NCBI GenBank assembly: GCA_951406725.2
Contig: OX597821.1
Location: 38,192,001-38,256,000 of the forward strand
Length of the DNA stretch: 64,000 nt
Source of the DNA: Octopus vulgaris
Lineage: Eukaryota
Direction of reading: 5' to 3'
The notes beneath the pieces were generated by a model that made no database searches, had not been told where the DNA came from, and saw only the letters and a program-made list of their open reading frames with translations. Each line of letters starts with the position of its first letter. The stretch's first letter is position 1. Both the position numbers and the translations under genes were made by a program. Of the stretch, positions 1 through 10,728 are shown one piece after another.

Positions 1-1374
1 TACATACATATATACATGCACACACACACACACATATATATATATACACACCACACACGCGCGCACATACATGCTATTCTTCACGCCAGGAATCAAATCT
101 ATCCACTCGCACACATTACGTATGACAAAGGTGTGTGCGTGGTGGGGACTTTGATGTATTTCGGAAAAGTTATTCCTGACATTTCCTTTGACATAAATCC
201 GACAATTTTTTTCGTTTGCTTTTTCAGTTAATAGCTTCGAGTCGAGTGGCAGTGATGCTGCCTCCCTCCATTAAACACCACCAATCGCAAAGAAAGTAAA
301 AAGGAACATCTAACTAAAATTAAGTTACACAAAATTTAAAAGACAAAACAATATATATTAAAATTTTATTTTCATTGTAAGATGTCTTAAAAAGGATTAA
401 ACATATTTTGACATGTAGGCATTGCAGAAGAAACTAGAGAATAATAAACAAAAAAAAACGACATTGGAAAATAATGAAGAAAGGGCGATGACGAAGGAGA
501 GAGAAAGGAAGAAGGAATGAATCAATAAATGAATGGCGAAAGAAAGAAAGACGTACAGTGAAGAAAATCTGACTGGCGTCTCTAGATTTTGGGTGGGTGG
601 GAGCATATTACCCAGCTAACCAGTCAAGCGTAGATAATAACCCATTCAGGTTGAAACTATTAAGTATTATAATGAACTTTTGGCAAAGACTTTTGACTTT
701 CCTTGTTCAATATTGAGAGTCTGATGAGTGGCCGTGCGGCAGAAGCAGTGGAACAAAACGTTAAATGCCTTACTTTACCATTTCTAATCTCACCAAGGTC
801 ACTTTGTCATCTCTAGTTTCGATTAAAATGTAGCAATAACTTACTAACGACGAGTCAATCGATTATATCAACAGACATAATCAAAAATGGTATACAAAAG
901 TTGGCAAAAACGTTATGGTTCTGTCGTAGCAGACAATAGTTTGCAAAAAATGTATGGTTCTCTTTTCTAACTTTGAGAATTACAGGAAACGAAAATAAAT
1001 CAATGTGGACATCACACCACTAAACTGATCTACAAACTAGAATATTTTCTATATTAGGGTGTACAAAAGCCCCGGCCGCAGCCCACAGCATGTTATCTTT
1101 TTTAAAGTTTTCAATTTTTATTTGTGGGTTATTGAGGAATTGATAGCTTCTAGACAGCCTTTTGCGTCACCACTTTAAATTCTTGTTTACATAAACGTTT
1201 GCTAGTAAAGCAAATGGGATATTTCCATGCCAAATGTGTTACAACATACAATATCTACCCTCTCTCTCTCTCTCTCTCTCTGTATATATATATATAAGTT
1301 CAGCAATATTTAGATTCAAGTGAAGATATTCTTGTTGCTTACTTTTAATATATATATATATATATATACATATG

Positions 1375-1779
1375 TTAAAATAGTGGTACATTTAAACACA
1401 AAAGAAAAATTATCCTTTAACAGGTAACTTTTTACATGCTAGAAATAGCAGCCAACACGGCCAAAACCACGATTTAATAGCAATTTTCGAAGTAATTGAA
1501 AAATGAAAGCTTTTACCTTGTTATTTATTATCGGTTATACCATGGTTTCGAAATTTCTTTAGCAAACAACATTATTTGCCATTCTTTGATAGTTAAATTA
1601 TCAAAATAATATAATTGCGAGGCGAATTTCTCGTCAGTAACCGGCCTCAATAACTAACTTATAATTCTGAGACAAGAACATGTGTCCCGTCATTATATGT
1701 TGGCTGCTATTTCTAGCATGTAAAAAATTACCTGTTAAAGGATTATTTTTCTTTTGTGTTTAAATGTACACTATTTTAA
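1375..1779. mobile_element. PLE pLTR remnant with about 80-bp inverted arms enclosing a hammerhead
   Basis: 1375-1457 and 1698-1779 are near-perfect reverse complements. A hammerhead lies between them and (TA)n tracts are on both sides. Confidence 0.6.
1532..1643 (-). ncRNA. Type I hammerhead ribozyme (solo pLTR relic)
   Basis: Minus strand: cggtta CTGACGA gaaatt...aatttc GAAA ccatgg TA taaccg. Perfect 6-bp stem I, palindromic stem III CCAUGG, GUA site. Confidence 0.82.
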
Positions 1780-1873
1780 AATAGGAATATGTTGTCTATT
1801 AACTATTTATACATGTTAGGCCACTGGTAGTGATATTTATGACGAATATTAGCTACCCTATATATGTATCTTA

Positions 1874-1947
<74 letters not shown>

Positions 1948-2004
1948 GTGTGTGCGATGTTTTTGAAAAGCAGTGCCGAATTTTACAATTCTGCAAATAA
2001 TAAT

Positions 2005-2218
2005 AAAGGTTTCAAATTTTACAAGGGCACCCCTTTTGGGGGAGAGGATCAGTCGATTACATTGATCCCGCTGTTCAACTAGTACTTATTTTATCGACTC
2101 CGAAAATATGAAAATTGAAGTTGACCTAGGCGGAATCCGAACTCAGAACGTAGCGCCGGACGAAATATCGCTAAGCATTTCGTCCAGTGCGCCACTGATT
2201 CTGTCAGCTCGTCGCCTT
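2005..2218 (-). mobile_element. SINE family A-related, diverged
   Basis: ttatcgactccgaaa...gttgacctaggcggaatccgaactcagaacgt...cagctcgtcgcctt. Confidence 0.75.
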
Positions 2219-2313
2219 CATAAAATAATAATGATATTTTATGAGCTTAAATCTTATAAACGATCACCGTGTATTGACTAAAGAAAGTAATCGAGAGAAA
2301 AAAATATGGGTTT

Positions 2314-2388
2314 TCCGTACGCGTAGGTTTCGAACCGACACCTCTGTGTTTTTGCGAATAGTGTGCTGCCATTTACACCTACGTACGC
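2314..2388 (-). pseudogene. tRNA-like sequence (pseudo-tRNA or SINE head)
   Basis: Acceptor CGTACG/CGTACG, D-arm GTGT AAATGGCAGC ACAC, T-arm with GGTTCGAAACC, and a T-run about 10 nt downstream. The anticodon arm does not pair. Confidence 0.45.
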
Positions 2389-2594
2389 ACCGGCTATGAG
2401 AAATGCTATAAATATACAATAAGATACAATATGATATAGGATATATAAATGTATTTAAGATATTGTATAATATACAATATAAATGTACAATGAGATATAT
2501 TAAAATATATACTGCATACACACAAACAATATATATATATATATATGTATTGTTTGTGTGTATACAGTATATATTTTAATATATCTCATTGTAC

Positions 2595-2645
<51 letters not shown>

Positions 2646-2852
2646 GTGAAATAGAAAGATGAATAATCTTGTAGTAGATTAATCAAAAGTTTAACCGATA
2701 CCTTAGTAGCAAAAATCACAGCAGTAAAACAGCTCGGTTGGAGGTACAACCATATGGTGTTGCAACCGTGCGTTGGTGCGGATAATTGAAATTAGAACAT
2801 TATTGGTGAATTGAAGAAATGGAGCTGAACGCAGATTGAACAGAAATCGTTT

Positions 2853-2946
2853 TATTTCATTCTACACGTGTTTCGAAAGGCACAAATTACCAAAATCCGA
2901 TGGAATAATGGGACCATATTGTGTCTTTCTCTTCAGGAAGAAAATA
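2853..2946 (-). ncRNA. Type I hammerhead ribozyme in the PLE 3' pLTR
   Basis: Minus strand: stem I UAUUUUCUUC/GAAUGAAAUA, CUGAAGA, long stem II GAAAG-ACACAA...UUGUG-CCUUUC, GAAA, palindromic CACGUG, then the GUA cleavage triplet (predicted cut between 2863 and 2862). Confidence 0.85.
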
Positions 2947-3533
2947 GGAAATCCGTTGGAAAAACAAAAACAGAACAGAGGCGGAGCAAAAACAAATCGA
3001 ACTATGCTCCTAAGAGCCCATGGCGAAACTGTTTATCAGTGTATGTTGAGAACCGGTGGCTGAAGAATTCAACGGGTCAGGCATCGGTCAATCATGTGGG
3101 TGAGGGGGCGTAGATGTTCTTTGTGACCGAGAATAAAGTTCTGACTTTTTAAGGAATATTGGATGTTTTATAAGGGGCGAGAAAAAAATCTACTTAGAGA
3201 CGTGTGTGTGTGTATACTGTTCTATATACGTGTGTGTTGGCGTAGGGGTAGAAAACATTTTTTGTGTACGTGTGTGCGTTTGATCGTTCGGCTGTCAGTG
3301 GCTACTGCCGTGATGACCGTTGGGTGGCAGAAAAAAATATATATATCATGTTTTATGTGTGTGTGTGTTCTCATCTAAGCCTGCCTTGTCAAGGAAACCC
3401 CCCGCTGTGAAAAAACCAAGCCCCGTTTGTCTTACAGGAGTAATTCCCCTTGCAGTGGTTAATCGTAGATATCTTAAAGGCTATTTCAGAATTTGTTACC
3501 AAGGGCTATGGGTGCCGGTATTATTTATAAACG

Positions 3534-6221
3534 CTATTTAAAAGCCAGATAAGTGTAACGCCGCCAATGGGGGCATCGAAAAGCCGACTGTAAAAGCCCG
3601 TTTACCATCCGGCCTCTGGCAAACAAAATATGGAAGAGTTCGGAGACACAAAGGTTGCACTGCCTTCTGCCCCTATCAAATGGGAGGGCCACCGACAAAA
3701 TTGACCATTCCAGCCTGTAGCTTAAGTTCGTATCCTTCAGTCGCCATATTAGTTTACTGAGTCCCGTGGTCTGGCGCTTGTTCATGTCCCGAAAAGTTGC
3801 GTAATGGTTGGAGACACGCAAAGACAATCTTGAGGATGAGGCCCCTACATAAGTGAAGACATCTGAGTCCGTGTAAACCTTGCATTGGTAGACGGCGTTT
3901 TTGATCTTGGAGTTCGCCGACGTGAATCTAATTCTACTAGGATTAGTTTCTGAAATTAGAACTGCGTTCCTGTCACTATATTCGTTCCGAGACCTGCAGC
4001 CGCTTACTACTCTATTTTCCACTACGTCACTATTAACTATAGGAATAACCCCTGATTCTCCACTATCTATCAAAGTGCTGTCATTGCTACTGCCCGTGGT
4101 GCTGCTATTGCGGGAAATGATGCTGGGGATGCTATTGGGGCTCTCTACCCTACTCCCATTGTTACCGTCAACCACAACACCCCTATTTATAACTATACCC
4201 CTAGTGGGTACTCCCTGGCTGGAGCTGAGATTATGTGTCACTGTACTGGCTCTCATATCATTATTACTACTATAATTATTCCTACTGAGCATTAAACCGG
4301 GAGCGGAAGAGGCTGTGCCTCCGGAAAAAGGTGATAGGGTCTTAGTAAGTAGCCTATTATTATGGGAGGCGATTATCTGGGCGAGGTTTTTAGTGTTGGA
4401 GAAAGCTATCCTAACTTTATGCGAGTTAACCGTGGAGTAATATTTGGAATTTCTGGGGAAGTTATTGGCGATGGCTTGTCTAAACATGAGGGGGAGGTTA
4501 GTTCTAATCTGCTTACCAAAGGGGATTACAAACCATATATGCTTATTCCTATCAGTGTGATGGATCGGGACGCCAGCTCTCGCATTCGGGTGGGTGATTC
4601 TCGGATGAATGACGGGTCTTGGGTTAGTGTAAGACCTCCCGGACCGATAATTATCCTTGTTCGCTAAATTAAATGCGGGAGCGACTACCCCGGCATCCAC
4701 CGCGCTCCCGTCCTTACTTAAAATGTTAATGTTATTATATACGGCCCTATCCTGATGACCGAATGATGGCATCGGAAGGGCCGGATCAATATAAATTACC
4801 TTCTGCCTATAACCGGCCTTGGATAGTGCGGCGTTATAAAATTCCGCTTTCTGCATAAAAATATCGGCACTGGCGGACAAGCCAGACAATCTTAGAGAGA
4901 TGTTTTTAACCAAATTGTCTGTTACGGTTTTGGCATGATTTGAGAAGACACTGACATACTTCAAATTAGTGGAAGGCTTATGGTAAGGGCAGTATGAGTC
5001 GCTATTAAGGTTAAGTGTAACGTCTAGGAAATTGGCCTTGGTGAGTTCATTATCAAAAACTATACTCATGCCCATTCTATTAAAAAACCTAGCTAACCTG
5101 CTCTTAGTTTTCTGCACTATTCTGTTCGTGGTGTTTTGCAGGTAAAACAGACAATCGTCACGATACAGGCCGCCCGCGATCTCCGGGAATTGGTCGGACA
5201 ATTCGTAGAGAATATATATTCCGACCAAATCGGCTATCTGCGCACTATCCGAACTACCCATAGGCACATCAAATTCATTGGGAGTATCTTTACGGATCCA
5301 CAACTTATTATCAAACTTAATAAACGATTTCCTGGCAACTAAAATGATATCTATCTCTTCTCTGGTGAGGCCAGCCTTGTTGTGAGCATGCCAGAGGGCC
5401 TTATTTAGCACACTAGGGTTAATCGAGGGGTAGAAGCTGGCGATATCAAACTGAATGAACCTAGTACGGTTTTTATTGGGGATGGAAGAGAACCACTTCA
5501 CTACCTGCGAGGAGTTGGCCCAGAGGCTGAGCTTCAGCTTGTTTACTAAACTAGGGATATATTTATCTAAAATGTACTTACTGATTATCCCGATATCAGA
5601 TCTAGCAGGGCATATGAGTCTTAGCGCTGGGTTGGTGTGGAAGTTCGGTTTATGGTCCTTCACTATAAATCTGGGTTGCTTAGGGCTAAGCGGCTGAGTT
5701 CTCATTTGAATTCGGTGTTTAAATATTATTTCCTTAATTTCCAAGTTTACCTTCCTCAGGGTACTCCAATTGGTTTTTCTATAATTTTTCTTGATCTCTT
5801 TACCGAGTAAATCTAGGTACTGCTTAATGGGCATCTTGTATGTGTTCCTGGTCTTGTCGGACTGGACCAGGACTCCGTCCGTTCTATTAATGTCCTTGGT
5901 AATTTTATCTAGGTATCTGAGGTGGGCATTTCTCCTGGGTGACTTCCTGAACTTAATCTTTCTAACTATGTCCCACAAGTCGTCCTCAAACTTCTTCAGT
6001 CTTGGGTTAGGTGGCGGCGTATCCAATGTTTTAAAAAGCCGGCCGTATTCGGACGATGCTGTTGTCCGGTTCGATTTTAGATCTTCGTTCTCGTGGAAGA
6101 AAATGAGCCATCTTATCCGGTTTATCAATGCGTTGGTTTTACAAACCAACTCCTTAAGGAAGGCATCCTTTGGTGGTATAGGAATATCCTTAAGGGACGC
6201 ATCAATCTCGAACAACTCCAT
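3534..6221 (-). CDS. PLE polyprotein: reverse transcriptase plus C-terminal GIY-YIG endonuclease (895 aa)
   Basis: N-terminal SLKDIPIP...RIRW; SDKT (DKG-box variant); KDHKPNF...RLI; motif A FDIASFYPSI; motif B PMGSSDS; motif C LYRDD; FLDVTL; YHKP; endonuclease VYQC...YVG...R..NH...LSKLIW..K...W.I...CNLC..E...N...CPH. No stops or frameshifts. Confidence 0.93.
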   Translation of the reverse strand: MELFEIDASLKDIPIPPKDAFLKELVCKTNALINRIRWLIFFHENEDLKSNRTTASSEYGRLFKTLDTPPPNPRLKKFEDDLWDIVRKIKFRKSPRRNAHLRYLDKITKDINRTDGVLVQSDKTRNTYKMPIKQYLDLLGKEIKKNYRKTNWSTLRKVNLEIKEIIFKHRIQMRTQPLSPKQPRFIVKDHKPNFHTNPALRLICPARSDIGIISKYILDKYIPSLVNKLKLSLWANSSQVVKWFSSIPNKNRTRFIQFDIASFYPSINPSVLNKALWHAHNKAGLTREEIDIILVARKSFIKFDNKLWIRKDTPNEFDVPMGSSDSAQIADLVGIYILYELSDQFPEIAGGLYRDDCLFYLQNTTNRIVQKTKSRLARFFNRMGMSIVFDNELTKANFLDVTLNLNSDSYCPYHKPSTNLKYVSVFSNHAKTVTDNLVKNISLRLSGLSASADIFMQKAEFYNAALSKAGYRQKVIYIDPALPMPSFGHQDRAVYNNINILSKDGSAVDAGVVAPAFNLANKDNYRSGRSYTNPRPVIHPRITHPNARAGVPIHHTDRNKHIWFVIPFGKQIRTNLPLMFRQAIANNFPRNSKYYSTVNSHKVRIAFSNTKNLAQIIASHNNRLLTKTLSPFSGGTASSAPGLMLSRNNYSSNNDMRASTVTHNLSSSQGVPTRGIVINRGVVVDGNNGSRVESPNSIPSIISRNSSTTGSSNDSTLIDSGESGVIPIVNSDVVENRVVSGCRSRNEYSDRNAVLISETNPSRIRFTSANSKIKNAVYQCKVYTDSDVFTYVGASSSRLSLRVSNHYATFRDMNKRQTTGLSKLIWRLKDTNLSYRLEWSILSVALPFDRGRRQCNLCVSELFHILFARGRMVNGLLQSAFRCPHWRRYTYLAFK

Positions 6222-6727
6222 TATTGGTATCGGTTAAAGTAGCAGTTTCTTGACGAAGCGGTATGTATTATGTGAAATAGAAAGATGAATAATCTTGTAG
6301 TAGATTAATCATCTTATCCGGTTTATGAATGCGTTGGTTTTACAAACCAACTCCTTAAGGAAGGCATCCTTTGGTGGTATAGGAATATCCTTAAGGGACG
6401 CATCAATCTCGAACAACTCCATTATTGGTATCGGTTAAAGTAGCAGTTTCTTGACGAAGCGGTATGTATTATGTGAAATAGAAAGATGAATAATCTTGTA
6501 GTAGATTAATCAAAAGTTTAACCGATACCTTAGTAGCAAAAATCACAGCAGTAAAACAGCTCGGTTGGAGGTACAACCATATGGTGTTGCAACCGTGCGT
6601 TGGTGCGGATAATTGAAATTAGAACATTATTGGTGAATTGAAGAAATGGAGCTGAACGCAGATTGAACAGAAATCGATTTGTTTTTGCTCCGCCTCTGTT
6701 CTGTTTTTGTTTTTCCAACGGATTTCC

Positions 6728-6821
6728 TATTTTCTTCCTGAAGAGAAAGACACAATATGGTCCCATTATTCCATCGGATTTTGGTAATTTGTGCCTTTCG
6801 AAACACGTGTAGAATGAAATA
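6728..6821 (+). ncRNA. Type I hammerhead ribozyme, inverted copy at the PLE 5' end
   Basis: tattttcttc CTGAAGA gaaagacacaa...ttgtgcctttc GAAA cacgtg TA gaatgaaata; the reverse complement of 2853-2946. Confidence 0.85.
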
Positions 6822-6876
6822 AAACGATTTCTGTTCAATCTGCGTTCAGCTCCATTTCTTCAATTCACCAATAATG

Positions 6877-6914
<38 letters not shown>

Positions 6915-6960
6915 TGTGTGTATGCAGTATATATTTTAATATATCTCATTGTACATTTAT

Positions 6961-7321
<361 letters not shown>

Positions 7322-7733
7322 TATAGTAGACATTTGCTCAAGGTGCCGTAGCCATGTGGCTTGGAACTAAGCTACTTTATTTCATGAAAACTCGCCATTA
7401 AGGCGTTACATAGAGGGGACATACAAGGACAGACAAACAATTAAGCTCAGCCGTTGCTGAGCTTAATTTTTTAGAATAGTAGGAAATGTTTTGTGGCAAA
7501 TTTAGCTGCCAATATGAGGTGAAAGGACTCAGTCCTGGGAGTAGTTAGAGTTGGTTATTATAACTATTATAGTTATTATAGTTAATTATGTTCAATTTAT
7601 GTATTATTAGATTTTAGAATATTGATATCTTTCTAAATGTGGTGGTTTGAAAGAAATGTTTGCGGTATTTTTTCCAGCTCTTTTCTTTCTGCGTTCAAAT
7701 TCTGTCGAAGCGAACTTCGTCTCTCCTCAGTCT

Positions 7734-8130
7734 TACTCTTTTACTTGTTTCAGTCATTTGACTGCGGCCATGCTGGAGCACCGCCTTTTAGTCGAGCAAA
7801 TCGACCCTGGGACTTATTCTTTGTAAGCCCAGTACTTATTCTATCGGTTTCTTTTGCCGAACCGCTAAGTGATGGGGACGTAAACACACCAGCATCGGTT
7901 GTCAAGCAATGCTAGGGGGACAAACACAAACACAAACACACACACACATATATATATACATTTATACGACAGGCTTCTTTCAGTTTCCGTCTACCAAATC
8001 CACTCACAAGGCATTGGTCGGCCCGGGGCTATAGTAGAAGACACTTGCCCAAGATGCCACGCAGTGGGACTGAACCCGGAACCATGTGGCTGGTTAGCAA
8101 GCTACTTACCACACAGCCACTCCTGCGCCT
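7734..8130 (-). mobile_element. tRNA-derived SINE, family B (about 400 bp)
   Basis: Minus-strand head aggcgcaggagtggctgtgtggtaag...ggttcagtccc, internal (TG)/(TA) tract, tail ...gactgaaacaagtaaaagagta; homologous to 56558-56944. Confidence 0.85.
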
Positions 8131-9938
8131 GGAACCAAAATATTAAAATCGTAGCCAAGTATTGAAGACGTTGGTATCGACTGATCCCCTTCTTGCTGAC
8201 CTTGTGTCTAAACCAGAAATAATTAATGATACCTTCCCTAGTGAAATAATTAACAAAAAGAAATTTTTAATACTGGCTATAGGGAAATAGCATATAACCT
8301 CACATTTCTATAATAGAGTGTCTTCTATTTACAATGGAAGAGTTGAATAACCTGCTGCTGCTGCTTCTACTACTAGGTGAAATAAAGCAAAATCGTACAC
8401 TAGAGTCTTTAAAATTGATAGCTCTGAATACTGGCGTCAGTTTATAAAAAAAACAGAATCGCATATGAAAGTGTTCTTTTTTCAGTCTAAGTACATTCAC
8501 GAAGATTTCGTTGAATGCTGACAACGTTAGTGGAGAGGGCATCTCTATGTATTTGTATTTTGTTTAATTGACGAACAGGTGTAATCAACAATGAATAGAC
8601 TTGTCTATGTTTATTGTCTGCGTAAAAAGAAAGTATTAAAAAGATTAGGTGCTTGTATGCGGATTATTTTTTTGTAAAATTCAATTTCAGAACAGGTGTA
8701 TTCAACTGAAGAACAGTCAACTAGTAAAAGAGAAGACAATATAAGTAAAACTTGCTTACAAATTAGAGTAATAGAGAATGATTGAAGCATATATCAAAGA
8801 AGAAGGTTCAGTGAATATAAATTGATTTTACAATTAATTACAGCGCTGATTTCAGCCTCACTTGCAACCAAATAAACAATAGGTTTTGTTAAGTGAGGGT
8901 GGTAGTGGTGGTAGTGGTGATGGAATTCTACTGAATGTAAAACTTCCCAACTAACGCATATATTAATAAACGTACATTCGTTGTAGACATATACTTGTGT
9001 ATATAAACATACAGAAACTCATAAACATTTTCCCTCGCCCCACCCACCCCACCAACAGTTCAGATGTATATTACTTTAATTCCGCTATCTTATGTTTGTC
9101 TTTTATTCATTTCTTTCATGAGTAAGATACATTATATACATGTTAATGTGTCTTTTGTGTGTGTGTATATATATACATACATATATATATATATATGTAT
9201 ATATATGTACGTACAATATATATATGTACATACAATATATATATATATATATATGTACATACAATATATATATATATATATATATGTGTGTGCATACAAT
9301 ATATATATATATATGTACAAAGCTGTATTTGAACATAGAGGTATAAACAAGAATATGTGCGTGTATGTGTGTGCGTGTGGAGGAAGAATATATGCAGATA
9401 CCACAACATAACCTGTACGTGTATAATAAAATGGAATGAGTAGCAGGAAGACCTGCCAATGTTTATAAATATCGTTCGATACAATAACGAAATTATGAAA
9501 ATTTTAGCTGTAGATTTATTGAAAAAATAAATGAGAACAAGTAAAGAAAACTAATCAGCAAAGAGATATATAGAAAGGAAAAGAGAATGAGTTTGCTCTC
9601 GCACAATAAATATACTAAACTGAAGACGGTGAGGTATTGTTGAAATGAAGTGAAACCAAGAGTAAATTCACTCTGAAAATGGATCTATGGAGAACTGATG
9701 TTGATATAACAACATGGAAGGCAATACTAGTTTCTAAATAAAACGGGTTAAGATATTGATTTTTTGTATCTGATTTGCATATTTGAAATAAGGTTTTTGT
9801 TGTTGTTGTTGTTGTTGTCTGTCCGTGAAATAAAATATTTCTTAAAGAACAGAACAAGAAGTTTCATGCTGTTAAGTAATTTCCTTAGCAAAGAAATATT
9901 AATGTGCATAACACTTCTTTTTCTTCACTACTATTACT

Positions 9939-9971
<33 letters not shown>

Positions 9972-10009
9972 ATTTTGGTGATGATGATGATGATGATGGA
10001 GATGATGAT

Positions 10010-10290
10010 GTAGAAGCGCTTCGAGCATTAAAAACCACGTTCGAGAAATATGTCAGAGAAATCGGAATTGACATGAGAGCAGAGCAAGCCCCAAAAACTA
10101 CTCTGCTGAGGACAGCTAGGATTTTGAGATTGGTACTTGGATGTTGAATAGCTCCCACGATACTTAACAACCAGGCATCAGAACTTATAATGTGCGGAAA
10201 GAGACCTTGTGAGACCTCTGACAGCAGGCTGCTGTCCGCTCTCACAGAATCTGTCAGAACAAACAGGAGCGAGCTCTCTGAGAAGTAAAA
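10010..10290 (+). mobile_element. R4/Dong-like (RLE) non-LTR element, 3' fragment
   Basis: VEALRALKTTFEKYVREIGIDMRAEQAPKTTLLRTARILRLVLGC* resembles the VGALG...QK..LLGTARILR C-terminus. Followed by a short UTR and an (AAC/AAT)n tail, between trinucleotide microsatellites. Confidence 0.7.
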
Positions 10291-10312
10291 CAACAACAAC
10301 AATAACAATAAT

Positions 10313-10673
10313 CCTATGGGGAGGGGGACAGTCGATCACATCGACCCCAGTACTCAACCAGTACTTCATTTATCGACCCTGAAAGGATGAAAGGCGACTT
10401 CGGCGGAATTAGATCACAAAACGTAACGGCAGACGAAATACCTATTTCTTTACTATCCACAAGGGGCTAAACACAGAGGGGACAAACAAGGACAGACAAA
10501 CGGATTAAGTCGATTATACTGACCCCAGTGCGTAACTGGTACTTAACTTATCGACCCCGAAAGGATGAAAGGCAAAGTCGACCTCGGCGGAATTTGAACT
10601 CAGAATGTAACGGCATACGAAATACTGCTAAGCATTTCGCCCGGCGTACTAACAATTCTGCCAGGTCACTGCC

Positions 10674-10675
<2 letters not shown>
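10313..10675 (-). mobile_element. SINE family A with a partial second unit
   Basis: Reverse complement of the family A consensus, with the same ggtatttcg restart at about 10443. Confidence 0.85.
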
Positions 10676-10718
<43 letters not shown>

Positions 10719-10728
10719 TAATAATAAT

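Larger units (their letters stand above)
2644..6878 (-). mobile_element. Full-length Penelope-like retroelement (Hydra-clade-like) with pLTRs, 5' inversion and (TA)n flanks
   Basis: Intact RT-GIY-YIG ORF. 2644-2849 recurs directly at about 6471-6676 (pLTR). 6674-6878 is the reverse complement of 2796-3000. A hammerhead lies in the pLTR and both ends abut (TA)n tracts. Confidence 0.93.

Noticed and set aside
721-750. CTGATGAG followed by a small hairpin as a hammerhead
   Set aside because: GAAG instead of GAAA and no stem I or III; more likely a decayed SINE head. Similar core-only hits near 11866, 16342, 18192, 37044 and 52072 were rejected for lacking the GAAA/NUH geometry.
2836-3113. Short ORFs in the PLE pLTR, and the related 6530-6838 ORF
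   Set aside because: They overlap the structured ribozyme region, and their similarity to each other simply reflects the pLTR inversion.
3901-6237. Five + strand ORFs overlapping the PLE ORF
   Set aside because: Antisense shadows of a real coding sequence, with no recognisable motifs.
6222-6422. In-frame TGA upstream of the PLE ORF as possible selenocysteine or readthrough
   Set aside because: The TGA is created by the duplication junction, and an in-frame TAA follows before the main ATG.
8778-8825. MIEAYIKEEGSVNIN as a possible PTP D1 exon
   Set aside because: In-frame stops on both sides, no SAGxGRTG motif and no usable splice sites.
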